A DNA stretch of 39,234 nt from an uncultured Spirochaetaceae bacterium. Its GTDB lineage: Bacteria; Spirochaetota; Spirochaetia; Sphaerochaetales; Sphaerochaetaceae. The DNA lies in contig CAZURL010000001.1 in assembly GCA_964623005.1 (NCBI GenBank), positions 1 to 39,234 on the forward strand, read 5' to 3'. Positions 33,873 to 39,234 of the stretch are shown one piece after another. Below the pieces are notes generated by a model. That model made no database searches. It was not told where the DNA came from and saw only the letters and a list, made by a program, of their open reading frames with translations. The translations under genes were made by a program, and so were the position numbers. Position 1 is the stretch's first letter. Each line of letters begins with the position of its first letter.

Positions 33873-34697
33873 TCACCCCTTGATTCCCGAAGAAGAGACC
33901 CCTGCAACGAAGTACTTCTGCGTAAATATAAATAGAATTATTATTGGAATCGTCGCAACGGACGCACCTGCAAGCTGTACTGGGATATCAGCACCACCAC
34001 GACCTTGGAAGAACCTTATAGCGGGTGTTATAAGCTGATGATCGATTGAACTGATAAACAAATATGGATCGAGAAAGTTGTTCCATATATTAATGAAACT
34101 GAAAAGAACCACGGTTGCCAAAGCAGGACGTGAGAGTGGAATAAAGATTGATAGAAGAATCTTCGCATGTCCTAGCCCATCTATCTTTGCAGCCTCGCTC
34201 AGATCTTCGGGGACAGAGCGGAAGAACTCTGTAAGAAGCATGAGGTAGAAAACCTCGCTGATCTCCGGAAGTATTATGACCCACATACTATCGAGAAGAT
34301 GGATGTTTGAGAAATATAGATAGCGAGGAACCATTGTGGTCTCTCCGGGAATCATCAGCGTAGCCATCAGGAACGCCATTAAGAATCGGGAGCCTCTGAA
34401 TCGTATTCTGCTGAATGCATAGGCAGCTGGCAACGTGGCAATGAGACGAAGGATTATTGTTATGATCACCGTTTCAAAGGTATTTGAATACCAATCAACA
34501 AAATTCGCATGCCCAAGTATGGTTTTATAGTTACGGAGTATTGGGGTGAATGCTGCAAAGATTGGCTTATAAGTATCGCCCTGTGTCCTGAATGAGATAA
34601 TAACCATCATGGCAAAAGGAACGATCATCATCAGCCCCAGCGCCCACATAATGACTGTAAATGGAATATTACGCTTTTCTATAGGCTTTTCAGGCAT
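33873..34697 (-). CDS. CUT1 (sugar-type) ABC transporter permease, MalG-like
   Basis: 274 aa with 6 TM segments and the EAA loop EAAKIDGLGHAKILLSIFIPLSRPAL. Confidence 0.88.
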   Translation of the reverse strand: MPEKPIEKRNIPFTVIMWALGLMMIVPFAMMVIISFRTQGDTYKPIFAAFTPILRNYKTILGHANFVDWYSNTFETVIITIILRLIATLPAAYAFSRIRFRGSRFLMAFLMATLMIPGETTMVPRYLYFSNIHLLDSMWVIILPEISEVFYLMLLTEFFRSVPEDLSEAAKIDGLGHAKILLSIFIPLSRPALATVVLFSFINIWNNFLDPYLFISSIDHQLITPAIRFFQGRGGADIPVQLAGASVATIPIIILFIFTQKYFVAGVSSSGIKG

Positions 34698-35602
34698 TTG
34701 TCCCTCACTTTTGAAACTATTGCATTGATAAAGATGATAAGTATTGCGAAGAGTACGCCTTCTGCCGAAGCTACGGCATACTTACTATATGTAAAAGCAT
34801 CATCGTATATCTGAAGGGAGAGTACCCTTGATGATGTTCCTGGGCCGCCATTTGTCAGAGCAACGATTGTCGTATAATTCTTGAAGGAATTGATGATTGT
34901 TATTGTTAGCAACATAAAGAGCGCTGGTGCAATAATCGGAATCACGACATAACGAATCTTCTGCATCCTGCTCGCACCTTCAATTTCGGCAACCTCAAAT
35001 AAATCGGCAGGGACATCCTGAAGTGCTGCAAGAATCGTTATCACATTGAAGGCAAGTGCAGCCCATACGGCAATTACAGTCGCTGTAACAAGCGCAAGTC
35101 TTGGACTTGAAAACCATTGAGGCCCGGCAAAGCCAAATAAACGAAAGATTGCATTTACAGGGCCTTGCGTTGGATTGAGCATGTACTTGAACACAATACC
35201 GACAGCAATCATGTTCGTGACATAAGGAAGGTAAAACATCGTTCTTACTGCTGTGCGACCGTAAAACTTCTTATTGAAGAACATCGCAATCACAAAGCCG
35301 ATAAGCATAAGGAGAACAACATATATGAACGAGAATACAAGAGAATGGCCAAGAGATGTCCAGAATGTGGATGTACTCAGCACAGTCTTATAATTTGCAA
35401 GCCCAGCAAACGCCGTTGAAAGCCTTGACCGGAGAGAATTCCGCTGCCAGAAGCTCACCATGATGCCATAGATCATCGGATAGAGCTTAAAGAGAGCGAA
35501 CATCAGTATAAATGGCAGAACGAAGAGATATGCTGTCCTCTCGTCCCTCTTCTGCGATTTACTTAGTATAGATTTCTTCATTACTTTGAAAATGCGCCTC
35601 AT
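34679..35602 (-). CDS. CUT1 (sugar-type) ABC transporter permease, MalF-like
   Basis: EAA loop EVAEIEGASRMQKIRYVVIPIIAPAL. The start is uncertain (35602 or 35581) because the first ATG lies in the loop of a hairpin. Confidence 0.85.
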   Translation of the reverse strand: MRRIFKVMKKSILSKSQKRDERTAYLFVLPFILMFALFKLYPMIYGIMVSFWQRNSLRSRLSTAFAGLANYKTVLSTSTFWTSLGHSLVFSFIYVVLLMLIGFVIAMFFNKKFYGRTAVRTMFYLPYVTNMIAVGIVFKYMLNPTQGPVNAIFRLFGFAGPQWFSSPRLALVTATVIAVWAALAFNVITILAALQDVPADLFEVAEIEGASRMQKIRYVVIPIIAPALFMLLTITIINSFKNYTTIVALTNGGPGTSSRVLSLQIYDDAFTYSKYAVASAEGVLFAILIIFINAIVSKVRDKCLKSL

Positions 35603-35611
35603 CCGAGGCGC
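35588..35611 (-). terminator. intra-operon hairpin after SBP gene (possible partial terminator)
   Basis: Minus strand GCGCCTC-ggat-GAGGCGC followed by ATTTTC, 8 nt after the SBP stop. Confidence 0.35.
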
Positions 35612-35618
35612 CTAAGTT

Positions 35619-36920
35619 TTAAATAGAGCTTCTAATTGCCTCGTTGACACGCCTTGTTATATTATCCATCGCAACATCGAGCGACTGGAGATCAAGGAAG
35701 TACATCGTAAGCTCCTCATTAGCAATCCTATTGTATTCATCGGAAGCAACACCGATTATATCGGACTGAACAGCGCCCATGTCGTTATTAACGAGTGTTG
35801 AATAAAGATCATCAATCGTAATCTGACCATTCGAAGCCTCCGCAATAGCACCGAATGCAATCTGCCTGTCCTCTTCTGTCATTTCAGCATATGCAGGTAT
35901 ACCACCTTCGAAGCGCCACTGATTCTCAGCAAGCCAGATGACATACTCAAGCGCCTCTTCAACATGTTCTGCATTAACGTTGATTGAGTTATATGCTGCG
36001 CTTACGATATTGTTATTGTATCCAGGATTTGCTGGTGTGACGGCAATACCGTATCTCCAATTCCTAGGATAGTCTTCCTGACTATTAAGAAGTCTTGTGA
36101 ACCAGTTTCCCTGAGCAAACATAGCAAGACGATCACCAGCTATTGCATAATAATTCCACGATACATTCTCGTTATGAATCTCAGATACAGGCATCTGGCA
36201 ACCGATTACATTAGACAGCTCATAATACCATTCGATAGCTTCCCTGCGTGCAGGTGTATCGAAATTGCACATGCCATCTTCTGTATAGAGAGGATCTCCC
36301 ATCTGTACTGCACTGATAATATACCATGGGTTCTCTGCATTCATGAAAGAACCATAGATACCAGCACTGCTGTCTGTAAGCGCGATAGCTGTATTTTTAT
36401 AATCCTCCCATGTCCATGCGCCATCTGGATAAGGAATACCAGCGCGATCAAAAAGATCTTTATTGTAGAAGACGCAATATGCCTCAACCTTGAAAGGCAA
36501 AGAGTAATAATCGCCATCGTCCTCGATTGGAAGATTAACGCCATATTGCTTTTCCGCATCGATACCTTTAGCCTCAACAAGATCTCGAAGAGGCATAAAG
36601 AAACCTGCTTCAACTCTTGTCTGATAATACTTTGGTCCGAGAGAAGGAATAACATCGATTTTACTGCCTGCTGTCAGGTCGATATTGATCTTTGCATCAT
36701 GATCTGCATCATTTCCCGGTGTTGGCTGCACAACAACATGGATGCCAGTTTCTTCCTCGAAGGCTTTATTCATCTCGTTGTACCATACTTCGGTGGCATA
36801 AGATGCTCTACAGACAGTTGTGACAATCCTCTGATCCGAGACCGAGCTTTCACTGCCACCTCTAGCAAAGAGCAAGGTTGCAGCAAGAAGCATAAAAGAG
36901 AGGGTAAGAATCCTTTTCAT
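35619..36920 (-). CDS. CUT1 family extracellular solute-binding protein
   Basis: Signal peptide MKRILTLSFMLLAATLLFARGGS (no Cys). About 430 aa with family-1 SBP composition. AAGGAAG RBS. The ATG at 36920 lies 3 nt inside the upstream stop region. Confidence 0.88.
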   Translation of the reverse strand: MKRILTLSFMLLAATLLFARGGSESSVSDQRIVTTVCRASYATEVWYNEMNKAFEEETGIHVVVQPTPGNDADHDAKINIDLTAGSKIDVIPSLGPKYYQTRVEAGFFMPLRDLVEAKGIDAEKQYGVNLPIEDDGDYYSLPFKVEAYCVFYNKDLFDRAGIPYPDGAWTWEDYKNTAIALTDSSAGIYGSFMNAENPWYIISAVQMGDPLYTEDGMCNFDTPARREAIEWYYELSNVIGCQMPVSEIHNENVSWNYYAIAGDRLAMFAQGNWFTRLLNSQEDYPRNWRYGIAVTPANPGYNNNIVSAAYNSINVNAEHVEEALEYVIWLAENQWRFEGGIPAYAEMTEEDRQIAFGAIAEASNGQITIDDLYSTLVNNDMGAVQSDIIGVASDEYNRIANEELTMYFLDLQSLDVAMDNITRRVNEAIRSSI

Positions 36921-36922
36921 AT

Positions 36923-37498
36923 TCAATCTTCCTTCTTTTCTGATTCAAGTATCTTCAATATCCTTTCCCGGTAGGTCTTGTCGCGACCATCCCATTCGGG
37001 ATAAACCTTAGAGCCTTCAGCATAGAAGTCATTCTCATTTCTGCCCTCAAGCTGTCCTTGGAGGGTATGTTTGTCGATAGCATAATCAGGAATCTGTGGC
37101 CTCAAAGTCCCTTTCTTATACTCTTTCATGATCCAATTATACATTTCGTCGCTGGATCTATCTTTCTTGCTCTTACAGAGATAACGTACTGCATGGATTG
37201 CAAGAAGCCCTCTATCACCAGGCTGCTTTGTAACACGCCTCATTTGATCGAGCTCCCCGATAAGAATCGGTGCAAGTTCATTGGCAAACCCCACATCCTC
37301 TACGCTTATTGTGCGTAGGCGGAACCAAAGGTAGTCCTCCATATCCTCGCTTGTAATCATCATCTCATAAGCAAGCACGGCTGCATTCTCTTCATGGCCA
37401 CGCCTGATCTCTTTCTGTAATGCAGAAATTACAAGATCCGCTGCAAGTCCGCTTATCGTCTTGCACTTCTGCCATGGATCATAAGGATAATTTTCCAT
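36923..37498 (-). CDS. standalone RarA/MgsA C-terminal-domain-like protein, paralog A
   Basis: VISALQKEIRRG...FRLRTISVEDVGFANELAP...HAVRYLCKSKKDRSSD...IPDYAIDKHT. Roughly 35-45% identical to paralog B by eye. GGAGGA 3 nt before the ATG at 37498. Confidence 0.8.
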   Translation of the reverse strand: MENYPYDPWQKCKTISGLAADLVISALQKEIRRGHEENAAVLAYEMMITSEDMEDYLWFRLRTISVEDVGFANELAPILIGELDQMRRVTKQPGDRGLLAIHAVRYLCKSKKDRSSDEMYNWIMKEYKKGTLRPQIPDYAIDKHTLQGQLEGRNENDFYAEGSKVYPEWDGRDKTYRERILKILESEKKED

Positions 37499-37601
37499 GT
37501 TTCCTCCCAAAGCTCTTAAAATGTAGCATAGTAAATTGCTGAAAGCTTGTGTTTTTGGCCTTTAAACTTTAGGATTTGTATCATATTCACATATCTAGGT
37601 A

Positions 37602-38486
37602 ATGTTTTGGATGAAAGACCGAAGGGAAATTGTTCATACAGCAGGAGATGCTGATCAATGGTATTTCTCAAAACGGGTAAGCGATCTCTTTCCGTTTTCC
37701 AGCACGCTCTTCCGAGAGGGAGGCTATGGTCTTTATAGGCCTGGGTTCTGGGTTGAACGCCCAGCGATGAAAGGATTTTCAACGATAATCATATCATTTG
37801 CAGGGAAAGGCCACTTCAAGATGGAAGATGGCGAAGAGGCAATCCTTGATGAAGGGAGTATCTTTATCTCCTCTCCAAAAGGTCAATGGCATCGAGAAGA
37901 GACCATAGGCTCTGAGCCATGGGAACATGTATGGTTATCGTTCTTTGCGTCATCCTCGTTACTCCCTACAGAGAATTTTGACTGGAAAATACTAAAGACA
38001 TCGGAAACAAAGCTTTATAGGGAACTTACTCTTCGCATCATAAGGGAAGACCTGCATACAACAAGTGATAGCACCGCATCGATAGAACTATGCGAGTATC
38101 TTATACTATTGACACTAAGGCGAACACTCAGATCATCAGAGAGTGCAGCTGCAGGTCATGTTAAATCCCAATTTGAACAGCTATGGAATACTGTATCAGG
38201 ATCTCTCAATCAGGAATGGAATGTCGAGAGGTTATGCAGTGAGATGAACTATTCACGTTCCCAGCTTACAAGGCTTTGCAGGGGAATATATGGACAATCC
38301 CCCGGAGAGAAAATAAAAGCGATGAGAATGGAACATGCAAAACTGCTTCTTGCAAATACTCCAAAACCAATCATAGAGATTGCAGAAACAGTTGGCTACA
38401 CATCCCCATCCCTATTCTCTACTGCATTTTCAAATCATGTTGGAATGAGTCCGAGGGAATATAGAAAAGGAAGAAAGCTTATATAA
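37602..38486 (+). CDS. AraC family transcriptional regulator (cupin-like sensor + AraC HTH)
   Basis: C-terminal WNVERLCSEMNYSRSQLTRLCRGIYGQSP...IAETVGYTSPSLFSTAFSNHVGMSPREYR. Divergent from the ABC operon. Confidence 0.85.
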   Translation: MFWMKDRREIVHTAGDADQWYFSKRVSDLFPFSSTLFREGGYGLYRPGFWVERPAMKGFSTIIISFAGKGHFKMEDGEEAILDEGSIFISSPKGQWHREETIGSEPWEHVWLSFFASSSLLPTENFDWKILKTSETKLYRELTLRIIREDLHTTSDSTASIELCEYLILLTLRRTLRSSESAAAGHVKSQFEQLWNTVSGSLNQEWNVERLCSEMNYSRSQLTRLCRGIYGQSPGEKIKAMRMEHAKLLLANTPKPIIEIAETVGYTSPSLFSTAFSNHVGMSPREYRKGRKLI

Positions 38487-38772
38487 AGTGATGCCGTTTT
38501 TCTTTATCAGAGCTTTCACGATAGAAAACAGCCGTGAAACCCGTTACCGCAACAAGAAGCGAGGCAGTATGCTCAGAGAGCTTGGATGCAATATCCTTTG
38601 CCTCTTCCTTTGATGATTGAAAGCGGATCTTTACAAGCTCATGAGCCTCCAGCGCTTGATCAAGCGCGCTGACAACATTCTCCGTCAGACCGCTTTTCCC
38701 TACATAGACAATCGGTGAAAGCGAGGACGCAATAGAGCGAAGCGTCGCCCTCTCCTTACTCGTTACTGTCAT
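38479..38772 (-). CDS. yhbY: CRM-domain RNA-binding protein YhbY
   Basis: LTSKERATLRSIASSLSPIVYVGKSGLTENVVSALDQALEAHELVKIRF is the YhbY pattern. GGAGG 5 nt before the ATG at 38772. 17-nt overlap with the upstream ligase gene. Confidence 0.85.
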   Translation of the reverse strand: MTVTSKERATLRSIASSLSPIVYVGKSGLTENVVSALDQALEAHELVKIRFQSSKEEAKDIASKLSEHTASLLVAVTGFTAVFYRESSDKEKRHHFI

Positions 38773-39234
38773 CGCTTCCTCCAAATATCTTTATAACTTC
38801 GTTTTTCTTTATTTTCTTTGTGCTTGTCATAGGCAGAGGGTCATAAGTGACTGTGACTTTATCGATTCTCTTATACTGCTGAAGCGACCTATTGACCGTT
38901 TCAACGATTTCATTGATCTTCTTTTCCGCCTTCTCCTTGTCTCCGGAGACCTCTTTCATGAGGCTTTCGGAAGGAACTCCGATAAACTGAATACCTTCAA
39001 CGCGCCTATCCTTATCCTTGACATATCCGATAACACACACCTGCGAAAACTCAGAAAAAAGCTGGAACTCATCCTCGATCTCTTCAGGAAAGACATTCTT
39101 TCCGCCTTCAGTGACGATAACATTCTTAGCGCGTCCTGTGAGATACAGGTATCCATCTGCATCCTGATAGCCAACATCGCCTGTATTGAGCCAGCCATCA
39201 TCGCTTAGGACTTCCTTCGTGGCTTCCTCATTGT
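38756..39234 (-). CDS. AMP-forming acyl-CoA ligase (ANL family), 5'-truncated by window edge
   Basis: Own translation from the window edge: NEEATKEVLSDDGWLNTGDVGYQDADGYLYLTGRAKNVIVTEGGKNVFPEEIEDEF...TSTKKIKKNEV. This is the C-terminal subdomain with the conserved GWxxTGD and terminal Lys motifs. Confidence 0.85.
   Translation of the reverse strand, partial: NEEATKEVLSDDGWLNTGDVGYQDADGYLYLTGRAKNVIVTEGGKNVFPEEIEDEFQLFSEFSQVCVIGYVKDKDRRVEGIQFIGVPSESLMKEVSGDKEKAEKKINEIVETVNRSLQQYKRIDKVTVTYDPLPMTSTKKIKKNEVIKIFGGSDDSNE

Overview
This is a chromosomal window of mostly housekeeping and transport genes. By hand spot counts it is about 45-52% G+C. The taxon cannot be assigned from sequence alone. Relevant hints are strong GGAGG Shine-Dalgarno sites, a T-box leader, a PPi-dependent phosphofructokinase, a PnrA/BMP-type nucleoside ABC importer, and substrate-binding proteins whose signal peptides lack a lipobox Cys.

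Contents in order:
- trpE-trpG-trpD' on the minus strand, behind a tRNA-Trp T-box leader with two tandem terminators and a 22-codon uORF carrying tandem Trp codons.
- A decayed ORF, then a RumA/RlmD-type RNA methyltransferase.
- A four-gene BMP-family nucleoside ABC importer.
- A low-GC three-gene plus-strand unit: a PNPOx-fold protein, an ABC/SMC-type ATPase and a Toprim-like protein. It ends in an AT-rich repeat tract next to tRNA-Val(CAC).
- An FAD oxidoreductase and an ABC-F ATPase, divergent, possibly both leaderless. Then tRNA-Arg(TCT).
- A YgeY-like M20 hydrolase, TatD, an NCS2 purine permease and an M20 amidohydrolase. Then tRNA-Leu(GAG).
- asnA and mscL.
- A tightly coupled operon: ArsC-fold protein, MBL hydrolase, acyl-CoA ligase, DAHP synthase, DJ-1.
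- asnS, a LuxR-type regulator, a YaiI-family gene and pfp.
- An AraC-controlled CUT1 ABC importer operon that carries two paralogous standalone RarA/MgsA-C-terminal-domain proteins and an alkaline-phosphatase-superfamily phosphodiesterase.
- yhbY and a truncated acyl-CoA ligase.

No CRISPR array, integrase, transposase or rRNA gene was seen.

The two best candidates for an undescribed system are (1) the ATPase + Toprim module at 10216-12163, which is PARIS/AbiL/RloAB-like and coupled to a PNPOx gene, and (2) the MgsA_C-like paralog pair embedded in the ABC importer/phosphodiesterase operon at 32146-37498. All family assignments come from motif recognition by eye, not from database searches.
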